Shown: positions 28,093 through 38,336, counted from the stretch's first letter. The stretch is 64,000 bases of DNA from Acidimicrobiia bacterium (GCA_035305585.1 DATGOV010000028.1:19524-83523); one strand, 5' to 3'. Made by a program: numbers and translations. Notes: generated from the sequence alone by a model not told the origin.

Positions 28093-29190
28093 TCATTCCA
28101 ATGTCTTCAGCCAGGCGATCAAATCGTCGATCTCGGCTTCGGTGAGACCGAGGTCGGGCATGAAGCTGCCGGGCTTGACCGACGGCGGATCGGCCAGCCA
28201 ACGCTTGAGTGCGGTGTCGTAGTCCTCGCCGTGCTCGGGCAGGGCGGCCCCGGCGAAATGCGTCCGGTACTGATCGGCGAAATGCGTCAGGTTGGGACCG
28301 TTGAACGCATCACGCGGCAGGACGTTGTCGGTGATGTTCTGGTCGTTGTCCTCGAAATCGATGGCGTGGCACTGGACGCATCCGGCGTTCTGGAACACCT
28401 GCAAGCCTTCGAACTCGGGCGTTCCTTCGTCGGGCACCGCGGCCGGTTCGAGTTGGCGGGCCAGCCAGGCGTCGAACTCGGCGCGTGGCACGGCCTCTAC
28501 CTGGGCCCGCATCAACGAGTGGGACAGACCGCAGAACTCGGCACAGTGGGCGTAGTAGGTGCCCGGCTCGTCGGCCTGGAGCCGCAGGATCGTCTCCTGG
28601 CCCGGCACCAGGTAGCGCTTGCCGTTGAGCTTCGGCACCCAGAAGTTGTGGACCACGTCCTCAGAGGTCATGAGGGCACACACCTCTTCGTCCGCCGGTA
28701 TGACCATCGTGTTGGCGGTCTCGATCTCGACCCCGTCGGGGATGCCTTCCAGGTTCGAGTAGCGGAACTCGAACCACCACTGGTGGCCGATGACCTCCAC
28801 GCGCATGGCGTCTGGCGAGCATTCGGTCAGGTCGAACACGGTGCGCACCGTGGGGACGGCGATCGTGGCCAGGATCAGGGCCGGGATGACCGTCCAGATC
28901 ACCTCCAGCTTGGCGTTGCCGTGGATCTGCTTCGGCTCCTTGCGGCCGGGGCGGTCCCGGAAGAAGATCGCGGCGACGATGATCGCCAGCTGTACGAAGA
29001 AGAAGACACCCGTTGCGATCCAGAAGACCGGCCAGAACAGGTCGTCGATCTGGCGGGCGAACGGGCCCTGGGGGTCCAAGGAATTGAGGGGAGCGTCCTC
29101 GACATCTGGCGCGACCAGCTGACACGCTGATACGACGAGCGCCAGGAGGACCAGACCTGCGAGCCGGAGAGATCGGAGTCGGGATCTCAT
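28093..29190 (-). CDS. ctaC: cytochrome c oxidase subunit II fused to cytochrome c domain (caa3-type)
   Basis: CuA motif HCAEFCGLSHSLM and haem c motif CVQCH. Confidence 0.9.
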   Translation of the reverse strand: MRSRLRSLRLAGLVLLALVVSACQLVAPDVEDAPLNSLDPQGPFARQIDDLFWPVFWIATGVFFFVQLAIIVAAIFFRDRPGRKEPKQIHGNAKLEVIWTVIPALILATIAVPTVRTVFDLTECSPDAMRVEVIGHQWWFEFRYSNLEGIPDGVEIETANTMVIPADEEVCALMTSEDVVHNFWVPKLNGKRYLVPGQETILRLQADEPGTYYAHCAEFCGLSHSLMRAQVEAVPRAEFDAWLARQLEPAAVPDEGTPEFEGLQVFQNAGCVQCHAIDFEDNDQNITDNVLPRDAFNGPNLTHFADQYRTHFAGAALPEHGEDYDTALKRWLADPPSVKPGSFMPDLGLTEAEIDDLIAWLKTLE

Positions 29191-29316
29191 CGGCCCGCAT
29201 CATACGGTGAGACCCCACCAGGACCAACCTGATCGGGTACGACACCAGCTGGTCCCGGCGGCGGCATCGCGGCCGAGTGTGGGCTAGGTCTGGAGCCCGG
29301 TACTCTGTTCCTCGCA

Positions 29317-30213
29317 GTGGATTCACCCAGCGTCGTCATCGCCGAGCCGTCGGTCAGGCGCGGAGTCGTTTCGGCCTACTTCGCTCTCACCAAGCCCCGG
29401 ATCATCGAACTGTTGCTGATCACGACGGTTCCGGCCATGGTGCTGGCGGCGGAGGGGTGGCCCGGCTGGTGGCCGGTGCTCGCCACGCTCATCGGCGGCT
29501 CGCTGTCGGCGGGCGGCGCCAACGCCATGAACAACTGGTTCGACCGGGACATCGACGAGGTCATGCGGCGCACCCGCCGCCGGCCCTTGCCCCGGCACGA
29601 GATCGAGCCCGCCGCCGCTCTCCGGTTCGGGATCGTCCTCGGAGTGGCCGGCTTCGCCTGGTTGTGGGCCTTCACCAACATCCTCGCTGCACTCCTCTCG
29701 ACCGCGGCGCTCCTCTTCTATGTCCTCGTCTACACGATGGGGCTGAAGCGGCGCACCGCCCAGAACATCGTCATAGGAGGGGCAGCCGGTGCTGTTCCCC
29801 CCCTCGTCGGCTGGGCGGCGGTGACGGGCGAGATCGGTCTTCCTGCCTGGGTCCTGTTCGCCCTGGTCTTCTATTGGACGCCGCCTCACTTCTGGGCTCT
29901 GGCGCTCCGCTTCGAGGACGACTACGCCAGGGCACGGGTGCCGATGCTCCCGGTGGTGCGGGGCACTGAGCAGACCCTCCAGTCGATCCTGCTCTACTCG
30001 GTGACGATGGTCCTCTTGTCACTCCTGCTCGTCCCCGTCGGACGCATGGGATGGGTCTATCTGGTGGCGGCCATCGGTAGCGGCGCCTGGTTCCTGTGGA
30101 GCGCCTGGCGAGTGAAGCGGGAGCCTGCCCGGGCGATGAAGCTGTTCACCGACTCGACGGTCTATCTCGCGGTGCTGTTCGCGGCGGTGGCCGTCGATGT
30201 CTTCGTGCGATGA
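29317..30213 (+). CDS. ctaB: protoheme IX farnesyltransferase (heme O synthase)
   Basis: UbiA-family pattern of the CtaB/CyoE type. Confidence 0.9.
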   Translation: MDSPSVVIAEPSVRRGVVSAYFALTKPRIIELLLITTVPAMVLAAEGWPGWWPVLATLIGGSLSAGGANAMNNWFDRDIDEVMRRTRRRPLPRHEIEPAAALRFGIVLGVAGFAWLWAFTNILAALLSTAALLFYVLVYTMGLKRRTAQNIVIGGAAGAVPPLVGWAAVTGEIGLPAWVLFALVFYWTPPHFWALALRFEDDYARARVPMLPVVRGTEQTLQSILLYSVTMVLLSLLLVPVGRMGWVYLVAAIGSGAWFLWSAWRVKREPARAMKLFTDSTVYLAVLFAAVAVDVFVR

Positions 30214-30311
30214 TCGACGCCATCGCCTTAGTCCTCGTTTGGGTCTTCCCGCCCTTGGTGGTCGCTTTGCTCGTGTGGAGGGCGTTCCGGGCGCGGAGTG
30301 ACGGCCAGTGA
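30210..30311 (+). CDS. 33-aa single-TM micro-ORF translationally coupled to ctaB and lgt
   Basis: ATG overlaps the ctaB stop (ATGA) and its stop overlaps the lgt GTG (GTGA). Peptide MIDAIALVLVWVFPPLVVALLVWRAFRARSDGQ. Confidence 0.4.
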   Translation: MIDAIALVLVWVFPPLVVALLVWRAFRARSDGQ

Positions 30312-31228
30312 TGGCCGCGGTCTCGTATCCCCCGATTCCCCTGTTCGACGTCGGACCGCTCACTCTCTCCCTCCACGGCTTCTTCGCCGCCATTGGCTTC
30401 ATGGTCGGCGCCTGGCTCGCCACCAACGAGGTCCGCAAGAGAGGGCTCGACGTCGAGGCGTACCAGTCGGCGCTGACCTGGGGTCTGATCGGTGCGCTGA
30501 TCGGCGCCCGCTACCTCACCACGCCTGCCGCTCTCTTGGCCGGTGTCCCCCTGCTCGACGCTCTCGACCCGCTCGGAGGCAACTTCTCGATCATGGGCGG
30601 CTTCGTCGGCGGCATCGTCGGCGGGCTCTTGCGGATCCGCCGTTCGGACCTCCCCGTGCTACCCACCCTCGATGCGTCGGCTTTCGGATTGGCGATCGGA
30701 ACGGTCGTGGGACGGATCGGCGACCTCGCCATCGTGGAGCACCTGGGGCGACCGACGACCGTGGCGTGGGGATACGGTGTCCGGCCCGGCTACGACCTCG
30801 CTCCCCAGCACGATATCCTCGAATGCAGCGCCGCCCAGGCGCTGCCGAGCGGCTATTGCCCGGTTCCCGACTTGGGGACGATCGCGGCTCCTGTCCAGGA
30901 GGGCATCTACCACCACGTGGCGGCCTACGACATGATCGGGGCCGGTATCCTGCTCGGAGTCCTGTATCTCGCGAGCCGCCGCTTCGAGTTGCCGGCCGGA
31001 CGGCTCTTCTTCTCGTGGGTGGCGTGGTACGGCTTCCAACGCTTCCTCCTCGACTCGTTGCGATTCGGGCTGGGCGACGCCACGATCGGCCCATTCACCT
31101 GGAATCAGGTGTCGGGGTTGGCGGCCGGCGTCGGAGGTTTGGTCCTGATGTGGGTGGTGGGGCGACGCCCCCAGCCCCAGACCTCGGTCGATTCAGAAGT
31201 GGGACGCGGGAGCTCCGACGAGGACTGA
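30308..31228 (+). CDS. lgt: prolipoprotein diacylglyceryl transferase
   Basis: Lgt family pattern with a polytopic N-terminal region. Confidence 0.85.
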   Translation: MMAAVSYPPIPLFDVGPLTLSLHGFFAAIGFMVGAWLATNEVRKRGLDVEAYQSALTWGLIGALIGARYLTTPAALLAGVPLLDALDPLGGNFSIMGGFVGGIVGGLLRIRRSDLPVLPTLDASAFGLAIGTVVGRIGDLAIVEHLGRPTTVAWGYGVRPGYDLAPQHDILECSAAQALPSGYCPVPDLGTIAAPVQEGIYHHVAAYDMIGAGILLGVLYLASRRFELPAGRLFFSWVAWYGFQRFLLDSLRFGLGDATIGPFTWNQVSGLAAGVGGLVLMWVVGRRPQPQTSVDSEVGRGSSDED

Positions 31229-31368
31229 TCGCATCTTGCGGCCTCGCGGCTTTGGGCGTACACTCGCCCCTCACATGTCAGCGCAGCGCTTTTTCGGCTA
31301 TTTCGTCTTTACCGGGCCCGGCCCGGGTTGACGTGATGGCCTGATCGAGCGCAGCACCACCACACCAA

Positions 31369-31398
31369 CCCGGAGCCGGACGCTCCGGGTTTCTGTAT
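31369..31398 (+). terminator. hairpin plus U-tract (ccggagc-cggac-gctccgg-gtttctgtatt); candidate lgt terminator or aro leader attenuator
   Basis: 7-bp GC stem followed by a T-rich run, about 35 nt upstream of the aroG-CM start. Confidence 0.3.
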
Positions 31399-31429
31399 TC
31401 CCGGGGCGCCTCCTCACAGGAGAAGGACA

Positions 31430-32494
31430 ATGGAGCGCAAGGCAAACAAGACCCCAGGGAAACCGAAGACAGTCGTCGCCGTCGGATCCGTCCGCATCGG
31501 CTTCGATGCCTTTCCGGTGATCGCCGGTCCGTGCGCCATCGAGTCGGAAGACCAGATCCGGGCGGTGGCCGAAGCCGTGGCCGACTGCGGCGGGGCGATC
31601 CTTCGCGGCGGCGCCTGGAAGGTCACGTCGTCGCCCTACGGCTTCCGCGGCCTGGGGGAAGAAGCGGTGGACATGCTCGTCGCCGCCGGGAAGGAAGCCC
31701 AGCTCCCGACCGTGACCCAGGTGCTCGAAGCGTCCCATGTCGAGAAGGTGGCCGGGAAGGTCGACATGTTGGAGATCAACTCGGGGAACATGCAGGACTT
31801 CGAGTTGTTGCGTGAGGCCGGGCGGTCCGGGATGCCGGTGCTGCTGCGCCGCGGTCCCTCCGCCACCATCGACGAGTGGCTGTGGGCTGCCGAGTACCTC
31901 CTGGCGGAGGGCAACGACGACGTGGTCCTCGTCGAACGCGGCATCCGCACTTTCGGGGCCGTGGGAGTCGACACGCTCGACATCGGGGCGGTGCCGACCC
32001 TGAAAGAGACCACCCATCTCCCGGTGATCGTCGACCCCTCCCACAGCGCCGGAGGGCCGCTGCGGGTCAAGCCGCTGGCCTTGGCGGCCCAGGGGGTCGG
32101 CGCCGACGGTGTGATCGTCGAGGTCCATCCCAACCCGGAGGTGGCGCAGTCGTCGCAGTCCCAGATCGGGATCGGAGCGTTCGAGGACCTGATGACCAGC
32201 CTCGGCATCTCCCGGGTGCGGCGTCACATCGACCAGATCGACCGCCAGATCGTCCGCCTGCTGGCTCGGCGCCAAGCCCTTTCGCTGGAGATCGGCAGAG
32301 TGAAGCAAGCCCGGGGTCTGCCCGTTCACATCCCCGACCGGGAGAGCGAGCTCCTCGATGTCGTGAAAGACGAGGCGCGCCACCTGGGCCTCGATGTCGA
32401 GCACGTCGTCCAGCTGTTCGAGCTCGTCCTCGCCGAATCGCGCCGCCTCCAGCACGACATGCGGGCGTCGGAGCAGTCCGCGGCTGTTTCCTGA
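31430..32494 (+). CDS. bifunctional DAHP synthase (type I-beta) fused to a C-terminal chorismate mutase (AroQ) domain
   Basis: DAHPS core (IAGPCAIE...RGGAWK...DPSHSAGG). C-terminal about 90 aa shows an AroQ-like chorismate mutase pattern. RBS aggaga lies before the ATG. Confidence 0.85.
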   Translation: MERKANKTPGKPKTVVAVGSVRIGFDAFPVIAGPCAIESEDQIRAVAEAVADCGGAILRGGAWKVTSSPYGFRGLGEEAVDMLVAAGKEAQLPTVTQVLEASHVEKVAGKVDMLEINSGNMQDFELLREAGRSGMPVLLRRGPSATIDEWLWAAEYLLAEGNDDVVLVERGIRTFGAVGVDTLDIGAVPTLKETTHLPVIVDPSHSAGGPLRVKPLALAAQGVGADGVIVEVHPNPEVAQSSQSQIGIGAFEDLMTSLGISRVRRHIDQIDRQIVRLLARRQALSLEIGRVKQARGLPVHIPDRESELLDVVKDEARHLGLDVEHVVQLFELVLAESRRLQHDMRASEQSAAVS

Positions 32495-32497
32495 GCG

Positions 32498-32845
32498 TCA
32501 GTTCGACTGGCGAGGGCGGGGCTTGATCCGGCTCGCCAACTCGTCGAAGTTGGTATCGGGGTGCATCTCCGTCCCCGCGCGGAACGTCGCCCGGCCGATC
32601 AGGTGGGCGCTGATCGGGGCGGTCAGGTACTGGAACAAGATCACCAGGATCAGCTTGGTGGTGTGACCCACTCCCGCCATGGCGAGCACGGCTCCCGTCA
32701 GCGCCAGCGCCATGCCCAGGCTCGCCGGCTTGGTGGCTACGTGCATCCGGGCGAACACGTCACCGAACCGCTGGAGGCCGATCGCCGCGATCAGGGCCAG
32801 TCCGGCGCCAGCCAGGATCAGGATCGAGGCCAACACTTCGATCAT
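32498..32845 (-). CDS. mnhG: Na+/H+ antiporter Mrp subunit G
   Basis: 115 aa MnhG pattern. ATGA overlap with mnhF. Confidence 0.8.
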   Translation of the reverse strand: MIEVLASILILAGAGLALIAAIGLQRFGDVFARMHVATKPASLGMALALTGAVLAMAGVGHTTKLILVILFQYLTAPISAHLIGRATFRAGTEMHPDTNFDELASRIKPRPRQSN

Positions 32846-33108
32846 CGGGCACCTCGGCGTTCGACGAAGGTGGAGACGAGTGTCGTCCCGGTGAACCCGA
32901 GCAAGGAGGCCACCACCATGATGTCGAGGTAGAGGCTCTCCCCGGTCCGGGCCGCCAGGACCGCCAACCCGATCACCACGATCACGAGGAGGGAGTCGAG
33001 GGCGACCACCCGGTCGGGCAACGATCCCCCGCGGGCCATCCTGACGATGCACAGGGCGGCGGCGATGGACAGTGCTGCCAGGGCGATGGTGGTGCTGACT
33101 TGCAGCAT
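32842..33108 (-). CDS. mnhF: Mrp antiporter subunit F
   Basis: 88 aa, 3 TM. Confidence 0.7.
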   Translation of the reverse strand: MLQVSTTIALAALSIAAALCIVRMARGGSLPDRVVALDSLLVIVVIGLAVLAARTGESLYLDIMVVASLLGFTGTTLVSTFVERRGAR

Positions 33109-33626
33109 CAGGCGACCTCCTCTCGTTCGGCTCCAGGGACCACGACGCCCCGCCGCGGGAACGCCGCCATCACCAATGCCTCGAGATGGTGGATGGCGCG
33201 GCGGCTCGCCTGGATCGATTCGAGGTGGAGGACGTGGATGAAGAGGGTCCACGTCTCCTCGTCGAGCTCCAAGGTCAGCGTCCCCGGGGTGAGCGAATTG
33301 AGGTTGGCGACTGTCGTGGCGATGAACGGTGAGCGGGTGCGGAGGCGGATCGACACCACGGCTGGATTGATCCGATCGCCGGGCGTCACGACCTCCCAAG
33401 CGATGATCATCGACGCCCTGACGAGCTCACGGATGAAGTAGGCGGCGAGGACGAGGAACGCCTTTGGTCGGAAACCGTGACTGACCCGTGGGGGGACGAC
33501 CTTGATCTTGCGGGTGATCAGCACGGCGATCAGGAGCCCCGAGAGGACATTCGCCCACGTCACGTCCTCCCACAGGGCGACCCAGATGGCGGTCAGCCAC
33601 ACGATGGCGGTGACCGTCCGTCTCAT
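33108..33626 (-). CDS. mnhE: Mrp antiporter subunit E
   Basis: 172 aa MnhE pattern. Confidence 0.8.
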   Translation of the reverse strand: MRRTVTAIVWLTAIWVALWEDVTWANVLSGLLIAVLITRKIKVVPPRVSHGFRPKAFLVLAAYFIRELVRASMIIAWEVVTPGDRINPAVVSIRLRTRSPFIATTVANLNSLTPGTLTLELDEETWTLFIHVLHLESIQASRRAIHHLEALVMAAFPRRGVVVPGAEREEVA

Positions 33627-35116
33627 CGGCCCAGCACCGCCTCGACGTATTGTCCCGGGTCGAACAGGAAGCCGGCCGCCCGTTCCCCCAGCTCGTACAG
33701 GGGAGCCGCCGCCACGACGAAGAGCAAACTCGCTCCCACGAGGGCGGCTGTGGAGCCCACCATCAGAGGAGGGAGCTTGGGCCTGGTGGTCTCCAGGCCC
33801 TCCGGGAGAGGCGGGGCCTCGTCGGGGGCGCCCCAGAAGACCCCAGCCCAGATCTTCGTCATCGAGAAGAGCGTCAGGATGCTGACGAACAGCGCGACAC
33901 CGACGGTGACGTAGGCCCCCACCTGCAGCCCGCTCTGGATCAGGGTCAGCTTGGCGACGAAACCCGACAGGGGAGGCACCCCGGCGAGGCTGAGCGCCGG
34001 GATCAGAAAGAGTGCGGCCAGGAACGGGCTGGTGTGGAGCATCCCTCCCAGACGGCGGAGGGCGGCGGTCCCGGTGCGTTCCTCGATCAAGCCGCCGACC
34101 ATGAACAGGGTCGTCTTGATCACGATGTGGTGGACGATGTAGAAGACGGTCGCCGCCAGTCCGGCGACGGTGAAGAGGCCCAGGCCGAAGATCATGTAAC
34201 CGATCTGGCTGACGATGTGGAAGCTGAGGATCCGTTTCACGTCGTCTTGGGCGATGGCCCCGAGGACCCCGACCGTCATCGTGAGACCCGCCAGCACCAA
34301 CAACAGGGTGGAGTGGCTGTCCTGGAAGAACAACAGGGTCTGGGAGCGGACGATGGCGTACACGCCCACCTTCGTCAACAGGCCGGCGAAGATCGCGGTG
34401 ACGGGGGCGGCAGCCGTCGGATAGGAGTCAGGCAGCCAGAAGAACAGCGGGAAGATCGCCGCTTTGATGCCGAAGACGACGAGGAACAGCACGCCGATGG
34501 CATCCCGGAGGGCAGGGTCGATCTCTGCCAGCTTCGAAGACAGGTCGGCCATGTTGACGGTTCCGGTGGCGGCATAGATCAGCCCTACCGCGGTGACGAA
34601 CAGAGTGGAGGCGAGGAGGCTGATGACCACATACGTGGTCCCGTGCCGGACTTGCGGTTTGGAACCTCCCAGGGTGATGAGCACGTAGCTCGAGACGAGT
34701 GTGACCTCGAAGGCCACGAACAGGTTGAAGAGATCGCCGGTCGCGAAGGAAGCAGACACCCCCGAGGCGAGCAGCAGATACACGGGGTGGAAGAACAGGG
34801 TGGTGTCGTCGGTGCGGGCGGATCCGATGGCATAGACGAAGACCGCCAGGAGCATCAACGCGGCGACGGACAGCATGATGGCTGAGAACAGGTCGACCAC
34901 GATGGAGATGCCGATCGGAGCGGGCCAGTCTCCGACCACCACCGTGACCACCGACCCGTCCTTCACCGCGAGGAGCAGGAGCACCGACGAGATCAGGGTG
35001 ACGGACAGGGCCACCACGCCGAGGATCCGTCGCAGGGTGTGCTGTCGCCCCAGAGCCAAGGACAGCGCCGCCGCGCCGAACGGCACGATCACCGGGACGA
35101 GAGGGGTCATCCTCAC
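33623..35116 (-). CDS. mnhD: Mrp antiporter subunit D (NuoN/ND2-like)
   Basis: 497 aa proton-pumping antiporter family. Confidence 0.9.
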   Translation of the reverse strand: MRMTPLVPVIVPFGAAALSLALGRQHTLRRILGVVALSVTLISSVLLLLAVKDGSVVTVVVGDWPAPIGISIVVDLFSAIMLSVAALMLLAVFVYAIGSARTDDTTLFFHPVYLLLASGVSASFATGDLFNLFVAFEVTLVSSYVLITLGGSKPQVRHGTTYVVISLLASTLFVTAVGLIYAATGTVNMADLSSKLAEIDPALRDAIGVLFLVVFGIKAAIFPLFFWLPDSYPTAAAPVTAIFAGLLTKVGVYAIVRSQTLLFFQDSHSTLLLVLAGLTMTVGVLGAIAQDDVKRILSFHIVSQIGYMIFGLGLFTVAGLAATVFYIVHHIVIKTTLFMVGGLIEERTGTAALRRLGGMLHTSPFLAALFLIPALSLAGVPPLSGFVAKLTLIQSGLQVGAYVTVGVALFVSILTLFSMTKIWAGVFWGAPDEAPPLPEGLETTRPKLPPLMVGSTAALVGASLLFVVAAAPLYELGERAAGFLFDPGQYVEAVLGR

Positions 35117-35517
35117 GACGCCTCCTCGTCCACGACGATCTCTTCCTCGGCCTCGCGCTCGCGGAGGGCGGTCGTGGTAGCGATCCGGACGTCTTCGACG
35201 TCGTCTTCGACTTCGTCGGATCGAGTCAGCAGCCAGCTGCGATAGGCGAGGGCCAGCAGGAAAGCGGTGGAGCCGAACGTGATGACGATGGCCGTGAGGG
35301 CCAGGGCTTGGGGAATGGGATCCGCCGCCGGGCCGGCGCCGCCCCCGACGATCGGGGGCCGTCCGGCACGTCCTCCCGCCAGCAGCAGCAGGAGGTTCGC
35401 TCCGTGTGTCAGGAGGGCCAGGCCGATGACGATCCGGCTCAGGTTGCGCTGGAAGAGGAGATACGTGCCGGCCCCGTAGAGCACCGCGACGACGAGAGCG
35501 AGGACGAGGACGATCAC
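35113..35517 (-). CDS. mnhC: Mrp antiporter subunit C (NuoK-like)
   Basis: GTG start overlaps the mnhB stop (GTGA). Acidic C-terminal tail. Confidence 0.75.
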   Translation of the reverse strand: MIVLVLALVVAVLYGAGTYLLFQRNLSRIVIGLALLTHGANLLLLLAGGRAGRPPIVGGGAGPAADPIPQALALTAIVITFGSTAFLLALAYRSWLLTRSDEVEDDVEDVRIATTTALREREAEEEIVVDEEAS

Positions 35518-35945
35518 GGCCCGTTCTCCGTCTGTGCCAGCGACAGGATCAGCTTCGCCCCCATCCCGACGACCACCATGAAGACGCCGATGTCGAAGAC
35601 CAGGGCGCTGGTGAGGTGGATCGCGCCGAGCACGGGGACTTCGAGCGTGACCTTGGCGGCCTCGAGGAAGGCGTCGCCCCACAACCAGCCGGCCGTGCCC
35701 GTGAGGAGGGCCGTCGTCAAGCCGGCTCCCATGATCACCTCCGAAGGAGCCGGGAGGGAGTTCCTGGCACCCTCCCAGCCGACCGCCACGAGGCGGATCA
35801 TGAGCCCGGCGACGATCACGAGGCCGGCGACGAAACCGCCTCCGGGAGCGTTGTGGCCGCGAAAGAGCAGGAACAGGGCGAACACGGTTGCCGTGCGGAT
35901 GACCACGTCGGCCGTCATCTGCAGGATCAAGGAACGGTCGATCAC
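35514..35945 (-). CDS. mnhB: Mrp antiporter subunit B
   Basis: 143 aa MnhB pattern. Confidence 0.8.
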   Translation of the reverse strand: MIDRSLILQMTADVVIRTATVFALFLLFRGHNAPGGGFVAGLVIVAGLMIRLVAVGWEGARNSLPAPSEVIMGAGLTTALLTGTAGWLWGDAFLEAAKVTLEVPVLGAIHLTSALVFDIGVFMVVVGMGAKLILSLAQTENGP

Positions 35946-38248
35946 GTCCGTTCCTCCGACGATCGTTTCACCAGCTCCTCCTCGCTGGGCACGTCGGCGC
36001 CGTTGCGGTTGGCGAGGATCAGAGCCGCCGCGCCCAGGGCGACCACGGTGAGGACGGTGATCTCGCCCAACGTGTCGAAGGCGCGGAAGTCGGTGAGGAT
36101 CACGTTGACCACGTTGGCTCCTCCTCCCTCCGGTTCCGAACGCGTCAGGTATTCACCGCTCAGCGGTGCCACCTCGCGGGAGGCCGCCGCCCAGAGGGCG
36201 AATGCTCCTGCGGTGATCCCGGTGAGGACCGAGAGGATCAGCCGGCTCACCTGGCGGAGCCGCCATTGGATGTTCTCGAAGTAGGTGGGCAGATGGTGGA
36301 GTACGAGGACGAAGAGGCCCAGCGTCAGTGTCTCGATGAGCATCTGGGTCAACGCCAGGTCGGGAGCACCCTGGATCACGAACAAGACGGCGACGCCGTA
36401 ACCGGTGGCCCCGAGGAAGAACACCGCCCCGAGTCGACGGGTCACCATCGCGGTGCCCATCGCGGCCGCGCACACCAGCACCGCCGTGACCAACTGGATG
36501 GGGTGCTCGGCGACGATCAGTCGATCGGGCAAACGAAAGGCCCGGTACAGGATCACTCCGGGGCCGATCACGGCAGTCGCCACGATGATTCCCAGGTAGA
36601 TGGGCAGTGAGCCGTTCTGCACCGTGGCCGTGACCCGATCGGCGATACGGTTGAGGGCCACCACGGACGAGGCGTACACCATCTTCGCCCGGGGGAGACG
36701 GGCTGTCGCCTCCTGGAGACGTGTCGGAGGCCGTCTCCACAGCAGCCATCCACCGCCGAGCGCCAGGACCGACAGCAGTAGGGGGAGGTTGAACCCGTGC
36801 CACAAGGCGAGGTGATGCCCTTCCGACCCCAGCGCCCGCGACGCGTCACCGACCAGTCCGTCGGCCAGTCCCGGGAAGAGGCCGGCGACCAACGAGACGA
36901 CGGCCAACAGGGCGGGGCCGAAGACGAACCACTCCGAAGGCCGGGGAACCGATTCGACCACTTCGCTTCGGGACTCATGGCCGAACCGCGTGAACGCACC
37001 GGCGTAGAAGCGCAGCGCATACGCAGTGGTCAGGACCGAACCCGCCACAACGCCGATCGTCACCGCCCATCCGGCTTCTTCGAGGAGGCTCGCCAGCGCC
37101 GCCTCCTTGGTCACGAAGCCGAGGAGAGGAGGCAGCCCGACCATCGATGCCGCGGCCACGGCGGCGACTCCCGCCGTCACCGGCAACGACCGGGCGATGG
37201 CACCCAGCCGGCGGATGTCGCGAGTGCCGGCGCGGTGGTCGACGATTCCCGCCACCATGAACAGGGCCGCCTTGAACACGGCGTGGGCCAAGATCATCGC
37301 CGCGCCGGCGAACATCGCCTGGGGCGTGCCCATCCCCACCAGGACCATGATGAATCCGAGCTGGGACACGGTCCCCTGGGCGAGGATCAGCTTCAAGTCG
37401 ACCTGAGTGGTCGCCCTCCACCCACCCACGATCATCGTCAACAGACCCACCCCGCACACCACCGGCCGCCACCAATCGTGGAGACCGGCGAACGCAGGAG
37501 CCAGCCGGGCGACGAGATAGATCCCGGCTTTGACCATGGTGGCCGAGTGGAGGTAGGCGCTGACCGGAGTGGGGGCGGACATCGCACCGGGCAACCAGAA
37601 GTGGAATGGGAATTGGGCGGATTTCGTGAAGGCGCCGACGAGTACGAGGGCCAAAGCGGCACCGGCCACGGGCCCTGTCGGCGGGTTGGCGACCAGGCTG
37701 GACAGCGAGTAGGTGCCCCCCTGCTGGGCGAGCATCACGATTCCCGCCAGCATCGCCAGACCGCCGAGGGTCGTGACGAGCAGAGCCTGGAGGGCGGCAG
37801 AGCGGGCCAGGGCCTCCTCGTCCTCGAATCCGATCAACAGGTACGAGGCGATCGACGTGAGCTCCCAGAACAGGTACAGGACGAGCAGGTTGTCGGCCAC
37901 CACCACGCCGAACATGGCTCCGGCGAATCCCACGAGATAGGCGGTGAACCGGCCCAGGCCCTCTCTGTCCCCGAAGTACTGCCAGGCATAGACGAAGACG
38001 AGGGTCCCGATTCCGCCGATCAAGACGACCATGAGCGTTCCGAAGCCGTCCAGCCGGAGGTCCAGGTCCAGGCCGATCGCCGGGAGCCAGGAGACCGTCT
38101 CGGTCCGAGGCGCGGAGATCGTGACGAGCCATGCCAGCGACGACGCCGGAGCCACGGCTCCCAACAGCAACACGCGCCGACCCAGACGTCTGCCGAGGGC
38201 GGCACACGCCAGGAGGACCGCAGTGTGGAGGATCAGTACCGGGATCAC
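35942..38248 (-). CDS. mnhA: Mrp antiporter subunit A (NuoL-like with fused MnhB-like C-domain)
   Basis: 768 aa. Confidence 0.9.
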   Translation of the reverse strand: MIPVLILHTAVLLACAALGRRLGRRVLLLGAVAPASSLAWLVTISAPRTETVSWLPAIGLDLDLRLDGFGTLMVVLIGGIGTLVFVYAWQYFGDREGLGRFTAYLVGFAGAMFGVVVADNLLVLYLFWELTSIASYLLIGFEDEEALARSAALQALLVTTLGGLAMLAGIVMLAQQGGTYSLSSLVANPPTGPVAGAALALVLVGAFTKSAQFPFHFWLPGAMSAPTPVSAYLHSATMVKAGIYLVARLAPAFAGLHDWWRPVVCGVGLLTMIVGGWRATTQVDLKLILAQGTVSQLGFIMVLVGMGTPQAMFAGAAMILAHAVFKAALFMVAGIVDHRAGTRDIRRLGAIARSLPVTAGVAAVAAASMVGLPPLLGFVTKEAALASLLEEAGWAVTIGVVAGSVLTTAYALRFYAGAFTRFGHESRSEVVESVPRPSEWFVFGPALLAVVSLVAGLFPGLADGLVGDASRALGSEGHHLALWHGFNLPLLLSVLALGGGWLLWRRPPTRLQEATARLPRAKMVYASSVVALNRIADRVTATVQNGSLPIYLGIIVATAVIGPGVILYRAFRLPDRLIVAEHPIQLVTAVLVCAAAMGTAMVTRRLGAVFFLGATGYGVAVLFVIQGAPDLALTQMLIETLTLGLFVLVLHHLPTYFENIQWRLRQVSRLILSVLTGITAGAFALWAAASREVAPLSGEYLTRSEPEGGGANVVNVILTDFRAFDTLGEITVLTVVALGAAALILANRNGADVPSEEELVKRSSEERT

Positions 38249-38336
38249 AGTGTGCGGGTCGTTCGGTCGGCCGAGTTGCGCCCGGGCACGGCCGGGCGGC
38301 GGGTCGTCGCCGGCGATCGAGGGGGCCTCGCCCGCC

